Notes: generated by a model from the letters alone, not told the origin. DNA of 64,000 nt from Lingula anatina (GCA_051362555.1 CM120643.1:5208001-5272000); one strand, 5' to 3'; counted from the stretch's first letter, positions 39,101-48,165 are shown. A program made the numbers and translations.

Positions 39101-42100
39101 TGGTTGAAAGACTTCTTAATAACATGGTATCAGAAATGGATGCAAAATTTATGCAGAAATTCGACTGTCTAAAAATGGAATCTGAGACCCGTGCTGCAAA
39201 ACTGCAAGATCAGGTGGATAGTCTTCAGATGGAAAATGAGCAGTTGAAAGAAGTCATGAGAAAGAAAGACCAAGAAATGAAAAAAATGAATGAACTGCTA
39301 AAACAAAATGATTACTACAGTAAAGAAACCATGCGCTCTTGCAATCATAATGAACAGTACTCAAGGAAAACTAATATAAGGGCCTTGAACATAATAGAAA
39401 AAAAGGAGGAAAACCTGAGAGAAATCTTCATTGATATGCTGCAAAAAGAAGCCAAACTGAATATTGAGCCTACTGATATCCAGGCAATACATCGCATACC
39501 CGGTAGACAAGGATCCCCAAGACCAGTGATCATAAAACTTAGAAACACAGATATCAAGAGAACAATCATGCGGAAAAAGAGAGAACTGAAATCTGGTGCA
39601 CGTCTGTATGATGACATAACATTAAAAAACTTAACTCTCTTGAACAAACTAAAACAACATGAGCACGTTGAAAGTGCATGGTTCTTTAACTGCAATGTAT
39701 ACTGCCAGTTAAAAAATGGAAACAGAATAAAGGTAGACATATGCGATAATTTGGAGGAGAAACTGAAACAAAAGAAAAGGTCCAATTAGGAGAAAAAATG
39801 ACTAATGTTTTGTTTTCTAACATGTAAAGCCTAGAGTGCCTAGATATAATGCAATGTAATTGCTTGGTTATCTTTATCACTTTATGTTTATAAACTTTCT
39901 TCTTCCATATTTTCTAGGTACACATGTAGATCCCAATTGTTACTACTTCTCATGCTTTACGATTAATAGAGAAATAATCATAAGGTTCTTCTTATCTTCC
40001 AATAAACCTTGTTTTTGGGAAGGAGAATAACCCACATAATGCTTTCACTGGTATGTACAGAATATCCTTTACATAGACCAATAAAGATAAGGTGAGTGCT
40101 GATCCCTAACATTCAAATATTAATGTTGTAAAAATATTTTTTGAATTGGTGCTCATCCTTAACATTATGCAAAATATTATCAATGTTACAATTTGATATT
40201 CTGTGGGATCATTAGGTACCTCAATTTTCAGAACATGCTGCAAGTACTGATACTCGAAATGTGTGGGATGATTGTATTTATGTTATCTTACTTTGTTTTT
40301 TGTTTTACGAACAAAATTTTTGTCTATGTGAGTGTGTGTCATGTGTATGAATGTGTGATGTATGCAAACCTCATAGGTGAGAGCATCCTGATCAAGCAAT
40401 GTTTAGGGTCAAATGACATGTGGGTTAATGTATGTATGGGGTTGTATGTGTGTGAAGTGATGCATAATTGGAGCACTACACCAGATATGAATGAATATAT
40501 TATCATGATATCTGCATGTATAACTGTGATGTGGACTTGCTTACTCTACAAAATATTTTACACCGATATAACGAGCCATATATTCCATAGATATACACAA
40601 TCTATGGATGTCATCTGCGTACTGGATTACTTGAAAGTATTATAATTCACAAAAATGTTATTTAATCTATGAGTTTGCATATCGTTAGTTTGAATTGTAG
40701 GGGTCTTGGAGGTACTCAAAAGAGAAGAGACGTCCTGAACTATTTGAAACAACAGAAATACTCAATATATTGTATCCAAGATACCCACTTTACAGAGAGG
40801 GACAAATCAAAAGTACATTCCTTGTGGGGATATAAAACCCTTCTGAGCCCTGGCAAATCAAATTCAAGAGGTACGGCAATCCTTTTCAACAATAACTTTG
40901 AATTTAAAATAATGAGAACGTTGTTCGGAAAAGATGGAAATTATTTGATTATCGAAATTGAAGTTGAAAATAATTACTCTGTTTTACTTATTAATTTATA
41001 TGGACCAAACAAAGATGACCCGGAATTTTTTGTTCACCTCGGAAATATCATAGAAGATTTTGAGGGTCACTTTGTGATAATGATGGGGGACTTTAACCTA
41101 GTTCAAGATAGTGATTTAGATTATTATAATTACAGACGTGTTAATAATCCCCAAGCAAGAGATGCTCTCTTACGGCTGAAAACTAAATTCAATTTGATAG
41201 ACCCATGGAGAGCTCAACATGAACAGAGGAAACAATTCACTTGGTCCTCTAATAACCCTGTAAAAAGAGCTAGGCTTGACTTTTTCCTTATTTCTAACGA
41301 ACTCATGAATCTTGTTGATCAAACTGAGATAACTTATGGATACCGAACAGACCACGCAATGATACACCTGAAACTTACTCTCTCTGAGCAGAAAAAAGGG
41401 AAAGGTTTCTGGAAAATGAATAACAGCCTTCTAAAAGATTTTGAGTATATAAGAGGAGTAAAGAAAATAATTGAGGATCTAAAATATCAATATTGTGCCA
41501 GTCCATATAACAAAGCAGAGTTATGTAAAATTAGTGACAATGATCTGGACTTTCTTGTGGATGAGCAAGCATTTTTTGAACAGATATTATTACAGGTTAG
41601 AGGCTATACCATTGCCTATAGTTCAGCAAAGAAAAAGGAGAAAAATATAAGAATGAAGACCCTGGCTGAAAAAATTAAGAAATTATATTCCATGTATACA
41701 GATAACCCCACATCGAATTTAGAAAACCAGCTCCAGACTCTGAAACTAGAGGAAGAAGAAATGAGACATGAACATATTAGAGGGGTCTATATAAGAACCA
41801 AAGTAAAATGGTCAGAGGAAGGGGAAAAACCAACTAAATATTTTTTATCCCTGGAAAAAAGAAATTTTGTAAATAAAACTGTAAAGAAAATTATAAGGGA
41901 GACAGGCCGTATTATTACCGATCAAGCAGAAATTTTGAAAGAAATAAGAGATTTCTATAACCATCTTTACTCGAAACAAGATAACTACTCTGAAATTTTT
42001 GATTGGAATAATATAATCGATAAAGATAAAATAAACATATTAGATGACAATACGGCTAGGCAATTAGAGGGAACAATTACTTATCAGGAAGCTCTAATAG

Positions 42101-45100
42101 CCTTAAAAAGTATGAAGAACAACAAATCACCTGGCCCCGACGGTTTTTCTGTCGAATTTTTTAAATTTTTCTGGAATGATATAGGAACGTTTCTTGTGAG
42201 ATCATATAATAAGGGGTTTGCTAAAGGTCACTTGTCCATTACCCAGAAACAAGGGGTTATTTCAATTTTACCCAAAGGGGATAAACCACGGGAATTTTTA
42301 GAAAATTGGAGGCCGATATCTCTCTTAAACATCTCATACAAAATCCTCTCTGCTTGTATTTCAAATAGATTAAAAAAAGTTTTACATTTGCTTATACATG
42401 AAAATCAAACGGGATTTTTGAAAGGACGGTTCATTGGTGAGAATACTAGAATTGTTTATGATGTTTTGCAAATTACAAAAGATAAAAAAATCCCAGGAAT
42501 GATACTCTCAGTAGATTTCCTTAAAGCATTTGATAGCATATCTTGGGATTTTATGAAAAAAACTCTCTCGTTTTTTAATTTTGGTGATGACTTTAAAAAA
42601 TGGATAAATGTTCTATATAATGATCCTGAATTATGTGTAATACAAAATGGTATTTTCTCTAATTTCTTTAAAATTGGCAGAGGCTGCAGACAGGGAGACC
42701 CTGTATCACCCTACATTTTTAATTTATGTGTTGAGATCCTAGCTATTCTTATAAGACAAAACAATAACATAACAGGAATAAACTTGGGGAGGGTGGAAGT
42801 AAAATTATCTCAGTACGCAGATGACACAGTGCTTTTTTTAGATGGCTCAGAGAAAAGTTTAAAGAGTGCACTCGACTTACTGTTTCAGTTTTCCAAGTAC
42901 TCGGGGCTTAAGCCCAATATTAGTAAGACTAAAGCCATATGGATTGGTTCAAAGGCCAACAGTAGAGAAATTATCTGTAAAGATAACAATCTTAAATGGA
43001 CTAACAACCCTTTTAATATATTAGGTATAGTTTTCACAGCTGATTTAGAACAAATGAATGAGTTGAATTATACCAGCAAGCTTCAGCAAATAGAATTAGA
43101 AATGTATCGGTGGGGAAAAAGAAATATTACTACTTTAGGTAAGATTACTGTAGTGAAGTCTTTAATTATTTCAAAAATAACACACCTACTGCTCTCTCTT
43201 CCGAGCCCTACCAAAGAGTGGCTGCAAAATTTACAAAATATGCTATTCAAATTTATTTGGCACGGTAAAACAGAAAAAGTTGCCCGTAAAACACTTATTC
43301 AGGACTATAAACAGGGAGGTTGCCGTATGATACATTTAGAATCCTTTGTGAGGGCGCTAAAAATTTCCTGGATTCGCAGATTAATAACCTCTGATAAAAT
43401 AACAAATAAACTTTTTGCTGAAGCCACTGGATCGGATGTTCAGAGATTGACTCAGTTTGGACCAACTTATGCAAAGGAAATATCTAAAATTCGCAATTCT
43501 TTTTGGAGAGAAATCTTAATATACTTTTCAGAATATTCAGAAAAAATGGCAAGTAATAGTCTCGATGTCATTCTCAGAACTCCAATCTGGTATAATCCTG
43601 CTGTATTATCAGATGGCAGAAGAATTTTTTATAAGAATTTGTATGACAAAGGTTTCCATATTATCCAAGATTTATTTAACAGCGAAGGGAAATTCCTATC
43701 ATTTGACTATTTTGTAGAAGAGTTTGAAATTCAGATTCCTTTTACTCTGTATTATGGATTAAGGCAAGCAACCTTTGGTGCCTACCCTGTGCTTAGATTT
43801 CTGAATGCTAACGTTATGTTGCCATTACCGCAGATCTCTAACCCAGTTAAAACATTATGTAACGATAAAAAAGGATGTAGAAGCATATATGACATTTGCA
43901 TAAAAAGTCTCGGTCAGAGACCAAAATGTGAAGAAAAATGGGAACAAGAGTTAGGTATCAAAATAGACTGGCAACTAACGTATACCAATGCCCTGGTTAA
44001 AGTTAAAGAAATAAGATTGAAATGGTTTAATTTCAGAATAATCCACAGAATTTTGGGTACCAAAGAGTTGCTGTTTAAATACCATATGATCGAGAATCCT
44101 CTTTGTAGTTTGTGCAACAAACAGGCTGAAACGATAAAGCATCTATTTATGGACTGTGAATTAGTGAAGCTTTTCTGGACAGAGGTTGAACTATGGTTAA
44201 GTCAAATTACAGGAAATGTCTTCAAAATACTGCCATCTGATCTCATTTTTGGAAGTAGCGATAAAGTTAAAAACCTTGTAATTCTTCATTCTAAATTTTT
44301 TATTTTCAAAAGTACAAAATTAAATTCTAGATTGCTACTTAAACCGGAACTTAAATCTACTTTAATGAGTATAGCAAATCAAAACATATAGTTATTGTTT
44401 CAGTTTGTCTTTTTTACTTTTTATTACTTATTAGTTTACTTCTAATTATACATGTATATAAATCTGTATATATTTGTTTGTATATAAATAGGGTGTGCGT
44501 GCTAGTGTGTGTGAGGTTGGGTATGTGTGAGTGTGTGCAGGAGCCTTTATTTAAATAAAAATTAAAAAATTGTGATAAAAATAGATAAGTCACTCTGGTA
44601 CACTTCAAATGTTATCAATTCCTTATCAACCTGAATGTTTAACGTACCATAAAAAATTTAATTAATATAACATAGTATATTTTCTCTTAAGTGTGAGAGT
44701 GGGAGTGACTGTAGTTTTCTTTTTTGTACTACATATATGCTGTATTTGTGAAGTATTGTGTCAATAAAAAAAAAAAAAAAAAAAAAAAAAAAACTTTGAA
44801 TGTAGGAATGGATGACTTAATCATTGGAAATTATGGCAAAATTTTGGCATTTTTGACATTTCATCTAAATGTTGGAGCCCAGAAAAAAAATTTTAGATAA
44901 TAATTTTTTGGTTGGATTGATTGCACTGGTCGAACTGTTTGGCACATTACCATAGATTCCCAGCTACATATGTTCCTGTTGGATAGCATTTCCTTTCACA
45001 TATACACAGAAACTCAAGTCCTACATAATGAATGTCAGCATAAGTACATGTATTACCAAATATTGCATGGCCATACATTTTTAGTTTTCTAGTAACTTTT

Positions 45101-45476
45101 TATTACAGGTCAGATATTAAAATAACAATATCAGCGTTTGACACACGCACTCACCAGCACGCCAAATGCAAGTAAAAATTAAATCTGGCGTGTGAAATTT
45201 ATGATGCAAGTCGCCATTTTGGCGAGTATATTTATGTCAACTTTCTATATTAAGTGTATCGGCAAAATTTAGACTCAATAAAAGTCTGATTGACATGCCA
45301 ATATTTAGGGGGAAGTTCTGGGAATTCCCCTAACTGCTAACCTCGTTTTTACTTTCATAAGTAATAATTATGATTGGTTGATGTTGAGGAAATCTGTAGT
45401 GACGTATTCAGTCTCACTGTCGATTTTGAAAGCCCCTTCGTTTGCACTCGGAACTACTCGGATGTCTCCGCACTTG

Positions 45477-45537
<61 letters not shown>

Positions 45538-46488
45538 TATATTATATTATTAATTGTTAGTATGGAGCTTGCGGAATCAGCCAAGGATTGCCGATTGCTT
45601 CGTTTGCGTGACGGAGTTTGACAAAGTACGTCTTGGGATTATGCGCAGTCGATACTTCCGGGAGAAAGCGTGCAAGTGGTTCATGGAGCAGATTTGAAAA
45701 TTAAGAACGTCCCGTAGAAGGGACTGAGAACGTCTCAGAATCAGCATCAAGTGATGAGTAAACAAAATCAAAGCAGAAACGAACTGATGCAAGCTAACTG
45801 TCTGAGCTCTCTGACTCAAAGCATGTTTATTACGTTCTCTAAAAATCTTTTTCTGAGCAGAGCAAAAAAAAAGTTTTTTCAAACGCGTGAAGATAACAAC
45901 GTGTTTAGGGTAAGAGAACTTGAATTGCCTACCTTGCGCTAATATAATACAAATTTGAAATTATTTGTAGACTGATGTTATTTGATTTAATAAAATAAAA
46001 AATACATAAGTAATTAAATAGAATTTGAGTATAATTTTGTTATTTTTGGTTGTTATTTTCTTTTTCTATCATTTAATTATGGTGGGTTGGGAAGCTGAAC
46101 TGAAGCTGCTAATTATGATAGTAAATTTTCCCCTGACAGCTTCAGTAGGCGTGCCAGACATCAGAGCCGCTTAAGATGAAAGCAATTTAACAAGAAACCC
46201 TTCAGAGATGGAGCGATCCTGTCAGATCGACCTATATATGGGAATGGGGTCCAAATATTATATAATGACCTCAAGCAACAAAAACAAAGCAAAAATACAC
46301 TTACAATTTTGCTGTGTCTGAATATCTATGTCCCACTTTGTTGTGAATTGAAAATGGGCGTATACATGACCTGAGTCTAAGGGTTTAATAAGGAGCTCCT
46401 CGTTAAAAACATCGGCAACATGAACTCCAGATATTAAGCTTAAAAAAGAGCCGGCGAAAAAAAGCCTCATAATCATGGGCGCCGCCAT
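7688..46488 (-). CDS. PIGT: GPI transamidase component PIG-T (Gpi16), whole spliced CDS span; 10 coding exons, 594 aa
   Basis: Exons 46305-46488, 37775-37952, 34212-34449, 26387-26473, 25178-25265, 24125-24219, 21509-21710, 20282-20437, 15967-16219 and 7688-7991 all have GT-AG boundaries with matching phases (total 1785 nt). Family motifs: signal peptide + [104 protein letters not shown] + TM helix. Confidence 0.96.
9160..9474 (+). pseudogene. Ty3/Gypsy LTR-retrotransposon reverse transcriptase fragment
   Basis: [34 protein letters not shown]....YPLP.IEDMFA......[12 protein letters not shown]; breaks off before the YxDD motif. Confidence 0.88.
10610..12621 (-). mobile_element. Helentron-associated (HINE/DINE-1-like) element, family C, with an internal ~144-bp tandem array
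   Basis: aaCTAG end, hairpin GAGGCG-ATAC-CGCCTC, CGGA-rich microsatellite-like tract, terminal IR GTACCGCCAGC..GCTGGTGGTAC; end fragments also at ~3395, 8367, 21788, 25607, 50450 and 55060. Confidence 0.75.
10800..11660. repeat. Tandem array, ~6 units of ~143-146 bp with ~289-bp dimer periodicity
   Basis: Unit starts at about 10802, 10945, 11090, 11233, 11379 and 11522 (CAAAGTTCA...AGGTCAAAGGTCAATTTCAAGGTCAC...TATGACTTCCTATTCAAG). Confidence 0.92.
12633..14164 (-). mobile_element. Second, more diverged family C HINE copy, directly in tandem with the first
   Basis: CTAGAGGATAATAGAGGCGATACCGCCTCC..TGTACCACCAGC at one end and GCTGGTGGTACAA at the other; fewer internal repeats; rearranged interior. 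Confidence 0.72.
14591..15008. mobile_element. Two abutting Harbinger-type MITEs (family A 14591-14738; family B 14761-15008)
   Basis: TAA|GGCTTCATTCAC..GTGAACGAAGCC|TAA, then GACTGCATTGCCA..TGGGAATGCAGTC|TAA. Confidence 0.78.
15368..15945 (+). mobile_element. Harbinger-type deletion derivative with a relic of the transposase N-terminus
   Basis: TIR GGGCCGGTTTCACGAAG / CTTCGTGAAACAGGCCC, flanked by CTG and CAG; internal decayed frame [29 protein letters not shown]. Confidence 0.7.
15967..16219 (-). CDS. PIGT: PIGT exon 9 ([11 protein letters not shown]...[17 protein letters not shown]...)
   Basis: tttag acceptor, GTACGT donor; 253 nt. Confidence 0.94.
16703..18218. mobile_element. 1.5-kb non-autonomous TIR element, CpG-rich, with internal ~190-bp direct repeats; superfamily unassigned
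   Basis: CTTGGACATAATAACGAAAGGACGTGAAAC / GTTTCATGTCCTTTCGTAATTATGTCCAAG. Confidence 0.72.
18561..18829. mobile_element. TTAA-flanked MITE (same family as 5872-6210)
   Basis: TTAA|AGGGATAATAACTCTTC...GAAGAGTTATTATCCCT|TTAA. Confidence 0.8.
18871..19760 (-). mobile_element. HINE-like element with degenerate tandem units and a (TAAA)n/(TAA)n tract
   Basis: aacaAGTGT-atgag-ACACT hairpin end; repeated TCACCAAAATT..CATGCTG.TTTT.GAAAGCAACCTGC units; terminal IR; related pieces at ~21930-22460. Confidence 0.55.
20282..20437 (-). CDS. PIGT: PIGT exon 8 ([11 protein letters not shown]...[12 protein letters not shown]...)
   Basis: ccag acceptor, GTGAGT donor; 156 nt. Confidence 0.93.
21056..21113. 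repeat. (TA)n microsatellite (others at ~45484-45531 and ~62132-62186)
   Basis: Direct inspection. Confidence 0.95.
21509..21710 (-). CDS. PIGT: PIGT exon 7 ([12 protein letters not shown]...[11 protein letters not shown])
   Basis: ttccag acceptor, GTTTGT donor; 202 nt. Confidence 0.9.
23429..23962. mobile_element. TA-flanked MITE (Tc1/mariner-like)
   Basis: TA|CTGACAGTCAATGAAAA...TTTTCATTGACTGTCAG|TA. Confidence 0.72.
24125..24219 (-). CDS. PIGT: PIGT exon 6 ([32 protein letters not shown])
   Basis: ttccag acceptor, GTAACC donor; 95 nt; WS...FG....CP.A motif. Confidence 0.93.
25178..25265 (-). CDS. PIGT: PIGT exon 5 ([29 protein letters not shown])
   Basis: Read manually; tttag acceptor, GTACTG donor; 88 nt; ELxQxLxVV motif. 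Confidence 0.9.
25535..26342. mobile_element. Long-TIR element interrupted by a family C HINE fragment at ~25607
   Basis: TTTATTATCATCCAGATACCAAAAATGAG..CCTGCATCTAATTATTCA has its reverse complement at ~26270-26335; an arm copy lies at ~18405-18470. Confidence 0.65.
26387..26473 (-). CDS. PIGT: PIGT exon 4 ([29 protein letters not shown])
   Basis: Read manually (correct frame is not in the ORF track); tag acceptor, GTAAGT donor; 87 nt, phase 0-0. Confidence 0.92.
26664..30263. mobile_element. 3.6-kb non-autonomous DNA transposon with perfect 18-bp TIRs and a 3-bp TSD (Academ-like)
   Basis: CTA|CAGCCCGGGAGCCACCGG ... CCGGTGGCTCCCGGGCTG|CTA; no transposase ORF seen. Confidence 0.75.
30901..31144 (+). 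mobile_element. Short HINE/DINE-like element
   Basis: ACCTCCACCAAGGAGGT 5' IR, (GTTT/GTCT)n microsatellite, CCGATTTTGATGAAATT core, CCTTGGTGGAGGT subTIR, CTAG|TT end. Confidence 0.78.
32561..32810. repeat. Minisatellite, 35 bp x 7
   Basis: CTTTTTAGTTCTGGTGCTGTGCACACTTCAGACAG repeated near-perfectly without spacers. Confidence 0.95.
33866..34080. mobile_element. Harbinger-type MITE family B (representative copy)
   Basis: TTA|GACCCCATTCCCA..TGGGAATGCACTC|TTA; other copies at ~2160-2306, 14761-15008, 37207-37493, 46126-46251, 49256-49503, 52496-52750 and 56495-56650. Confidence 0.8.
34212..34449 (-). CDS. PIGT: PIGT exon 3 ([18 protein letters not shown]...[20 protein letters not shown])
   Basis: tttcag acceptor, GTATGG donor; 238 nt; includes the Cys equivalent to human C182, which bonds to PIGK. 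Confidence 0.95.
36178..36483. mobile_element. MITE with GAG termini (possibly Sola-type)
   Basis: GAGGTTCAGCAAACAACGAATAACAAAGATGAGG / CCTTCATCTTCGTTGTTTGTCATTTGCTAAACCTC; no clear TSD. Confidence 0.55.
36490..36700 (+). mobile_element. Penelope-like retroelement 3' relic (ORF C-terminus + pLTR)
   Basis: [17 protein letters not shown] resembles the PLE C-terminal LNRDxG..LP..Y..L and is followed by a hammerhead-like motif. Confidence 0.6.
36588..36635 (+). ncRNA. Degenerate minimal type I hammerhead ribozyme motif
   Basis: cagt CTGATGA a GGCC-(12 nt)-GGCC GTAA gct a acgg; the GAAA core is mutated to GTAA and stem I is imperfect. Confidence 0.55.
37775..37952 (-). CDS. PIGT: PIGT exon 2 ([12 protein letters not shown]...[11 protein letters not shown])
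   Basis: tttcag acceptor, GTAAGT donor; 178 nt. Confidence 0.95.
38869..39789 (+). CDS. LINE ORF1p (coiled coil + RRM-type RNA-binding domain), ~306 aa from the first ATG
   Basis: Coiled-coil-like middle, then [27 protein letters not shown] and LYDDIT motifs typical of LINE ORF1 proteins. Confidence 0.88.
   Translation: MAQKPTKADDRTMSRFLTSNNTKSKTQTITSAPKRPHSEVANSSAEELQMLMHELSEIKNEIKETIRKEDLEITVTRVVERLLNNMVSEMDAKFMQKFDCLKMESETRAAKLQDQVDSLQMENEQLKEVMRKKDQEMKKMNELLKQNDYYSKETMRSCNHNEQYSRKTNIRALNIIEKKEENLREIFIDMLQKEAKLNIEPTDIQAIHRIPGRQGSPRPVIIKLRNTDIKRTIMRKKRELKSGARLYDDITLKNLTLLNKLKQHEHVESAWFFNCNVYCQLKNGNRIKVDICDNLEEKLKQKKRSN
40669..44391 (+). CDS. LINE ORF2p: APE endonuclease + reverse transcriptase + C-terminal Cys/His zinc motif, 1240 aa
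   Basis: SLNCRGL, CIQDTH, GDFN, RLDFFL, TDH (APE); [37 protein letters not shown] (RT); [14 protein letters not shown]. Confidence 0.97.
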   Translation: MSLHIVSLNCRGLGGTQKRRDVLNYLKQQKYSIYCIQDTHFTERDKSKVHSLWGYKTLLSPGKSNSRGTAILFNNNFEFKIMRTLFGKDGNYLIIEIEVENNYSVLLINLYGPNKDDPEFFVHLGNIIEDFEGHFVIMMGDFNLVQDSDLDYYNYRRVNNPQARDALLRLKTKFNLIDPWRAQHEQRKQFTWSSNNPVKRARLDFFLISNELMNLVDQTEITYGYRTDHAMIHLKLTLSEQKKGKGFWKMNNSLLKDFEYIRGVKKIIEDLKYQYCASPYNKAELCKISDNDLDFLVDEQAFFEQILLQVRGYTIAYSSAKKKEKNIRMKTLAEKIKKLYSMYTDNPTSNLENQLQTLKLEEEEMRHEHIRGVYIRTKVKWSEEGEKPTKYFLSLEKRNFVNKTVKKIIRETGRIITDQAEILKEIRDFYNHLYSKQDNYSEIFDWNNIIDKDKINILDDNTARQLEGTITYQEALIALKSMKNNKSPGPDGFSVEFFKFFWNDIGTFLVRSYNKGFAKGHLSITQKQGVISILPKGDKPREFLENWRPISLLNISYKILSACISNRLKKVLHLLIHENQTGFLKGRFIGENTRIVYDVLQITKDKKIPGMILSVDFLKAFDSISWDFMKKTLSFFNFGDDFKKWINVLYNDPELCVIQNGIFSNFFKIGRGCRQGDPVSPYIFNLCVEILAILIRQNNNITGINLGRVEVKLSQYADDTVLFLDGSEKSLKSALDLLFQFSKYSGLKPNISKTKAIWIGSKANSREIICKDNNLKWTNNPFNILGIVFTADLEQMNELNYTSKLQQIELEMYRWGKRNITTLGKITVVKSLIISKITHLLLSLPSPTKEWLQNLQNMLFKFIWHGKTEKVARKTLIQDYKQGGCRMIHLESFVRALKISWIRRLITSDKITNKLFAEATGSDVQRLTQFGPTYAKEISKIRNSFWREILIYFSEYSEKMASNSLDVILRTPIWYNPAVLSDGRRIFYKNLYDKGFHIIQDLFNSEGKFLSFDYFVEEFEIQIPFTLYYGLRQATFGAYPVLRFLNANVMLPLPQISNPVKTLCNDKKGCRSIYDICIKSLGQRPKCEEKWEQELGIKIDWQLTYTNALVKVKEIRLKWFNFRIIHRILGTKELLFKYHMIENPLCSLCNKQAETIKHLFMDCELVKLFWTEVELWLSQITGNVFKILPSDLIFGSSDKVKNLVILHSKFFIFKSTKLNSRLLLKPELKSTLMSIANQNI
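46305..46488 (-). CDS. PIGT: PIGT coding exon 1 (signal peptide; [11 protein letters not shown]...QTQQN)
   Basis: ATG in caaacATGGCG context; donor GTAAGT at 46304; 184 nt, phase 1. Confidence 0.93.
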
Positions 46489-47210
46489 GTTTGTGCAAAG
46501 ATTAAGTTACTTTATTCCCGCTGACAGTGGATAAGTTTATGAATCAATTCTTGTGAATGGTTTATAAAATAAGCCTTTGGATCAGTGAAAAAAAATTATG
46601 TAAAACCGCCTTCGAGAAAGAGATTTTTCAAGACTCAGTTGTTTTATCCAATCAAATACCACTTTCAAAGTATCTCCGTAAGATTTTTACACATGAATGA
46701 ACTTGTAGCACAACAGGTGCACATCTCAGTTAAAGCTGCGATAAAAAGGGTTCTTATTGTTCTACGTGGAGAAATGAAATATTCAGATGAATAGAGGTAA
46801 GTGGTAAATGGTGCTTAAAATGGTTAAGTGGAAATACCCTGATTCGAAATTGATTTTTTTAAAATTTACATATCGAATTATTTACTCCAAGCTGACCCAT
46901 TCTCAGGTATCTTCTTTGTGCCTTGGGGACAAACTGGTGATGTTACTTTTATGATTGTGCATGTTCCGATCCTCATCAACTGAACTCACAACTGTAATAA
47001 TAAACAGGAGCCTACAAGTTGGGAAGATTTATCCACGATCCCCCACCCCCAAAATGTGGTTTAATGGATTATCATTTCAGAATGCATGAAAATGGCGTTT
47101 TTTACATGTACATGTGCATATGTTATATATTGTGCAAGAGGGTAGGGAATACCTTTTGCGTTCAGCGTGATTCTTACAGTCGGCATGACGTCACAAAATG
47201 GCCGCCACGC
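46489..47210. promoter_or_regulatory. Putative bidirectional promoter region between PIGT and JARID2
   Basis: Head-to-head genes; CRE palindrome TGACGTCA at 47186-47193 next to YY1-like AAAATGGCCGCC; YY1-like AACATGGCG overlaps the PIGT ATG; TSSs not determinable. Confidence 0.45.
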
Positions 47211-48165
47211 CCGGACTAGGGTAAAACAATCTGTAAGCTCCATTACTCCCCATGTTAAAATGATCAACTTTGATCGTCTGTATCTCTCACACCGGTAGAT
47301 AATTAAACTTGACAACTGTTTAATTATATCAACATAGGTATTTAGTGTCAGGAAATGGCCATAAAGGACCTTTTCTAGCATTGATGCCGATTTTATCAGC
47401 GATTGAAATGCACCTCTCTTACACTGTAATTATATGAGCTGCAGTTACAGTTCTGATTGTTTTTCAGGTAAGAAGTTCCAATGGCTTTGTTATCGGATGA
47501 ATCTGTCTACTGACAGCGATTGAACAGAACTTACCTGGATCCTCAAACAATCATAGAGCCCTTTGAGATGGTTTAATTGGAAGAAAGTGATCTTATCAGT
47601 TGGTGTCATTGTAGCAAATAGAACTAAAACAGATATGATCTTCACAGGTGTGGTCATTGTATTTGTCTTTGAAAAGGGGAGCTGAAAGAAAGCTCTAATG
47701 ACAATTTACTAGTCTGATTTTATTACTGAAAGTACATGAGGCATGTTGCCATTTTGAGAATATGAACAAATTTTTCTAGTAATTTTTAATACCCATGTTG
47801 CTGCAGTCACGCGTATTTGTTCACAGATATACTTGATACAAACGATAAAATATACCTATTACAACATGCATCTGGTGTAAACTGAAATTGCAGCCCGTTG
47901 GCCATGGAGGAGTGTTGGTATTATCGCTGATAAAATCACCATTAGCTCTAGAAAATCCTCCTGAGGCCCATTGACTGACGCTAAAAACCCTAGTGAATAT
48001 AACCAACTGGTTGTCACTAGTAATTGTCCTCTGGTCTGCTTGATATGAACGATCAAAGTTCACCAATTTAACATTGAGAGTTATGGGCGCAAGCCAATGT
48101 TTTACCCTAGTCCAAAATGAGAGCCTCGTTCTGGGTTCAGTAATCCGGTAACCGACTGTAAGAAT
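47170..48165. mobile_element. ~1-kb element with long imperfect inverted arms (~240 bp)
   Basis: ATTCTTACAGTCGG, GGACTAGGGTAAAACA, AACTTTGATCGT and GATTTTATCAGCGAT each recur as a reverse complement, in collinear order, at ~47910-48165. Confidence 0.72.

Larger units (their letters stand above)
38463..44791 (+). mobile_element. Full-length L1/Tx1-clade non-LTR retrotransposon in PIGT intron 1 (antisense to PIGT)
   Basis: TSD AACTTTGAATGTAG at 38449-38462 and 44792-44805; ~400-nt 5'UTR, ORF1, 879-nt spacer, ORF2, 3'UTR, AATAAA (44763) running into a pure poly(A). Confidence 0.96.

Noticed and set aside
39345-39785. Antisense ORFs over LINE ORF1/ORF2 and over JARID2 exons (e.g. 50742-50990, 51160-51477, 61908-62120)
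   Set aside because: Shadow frames of real coding sequence on the opposite strand.
40193-40645. 150-aa ORF between LINE ORF1 and ORF2 as a real gene
   Set aside because: TTG start, composition driven by TG-rich sequence, no motif. Kept only as a possibility in the spacer finding.
45340-45945. CpG-rich block in PIGT intron 1 as an RNA gene or SINE
   Set aside because: No tRNA A/B boxes, cloverleaf or clear termini found by eye; probably another transposon fragment or promoter-proximal unmethylated DNA.
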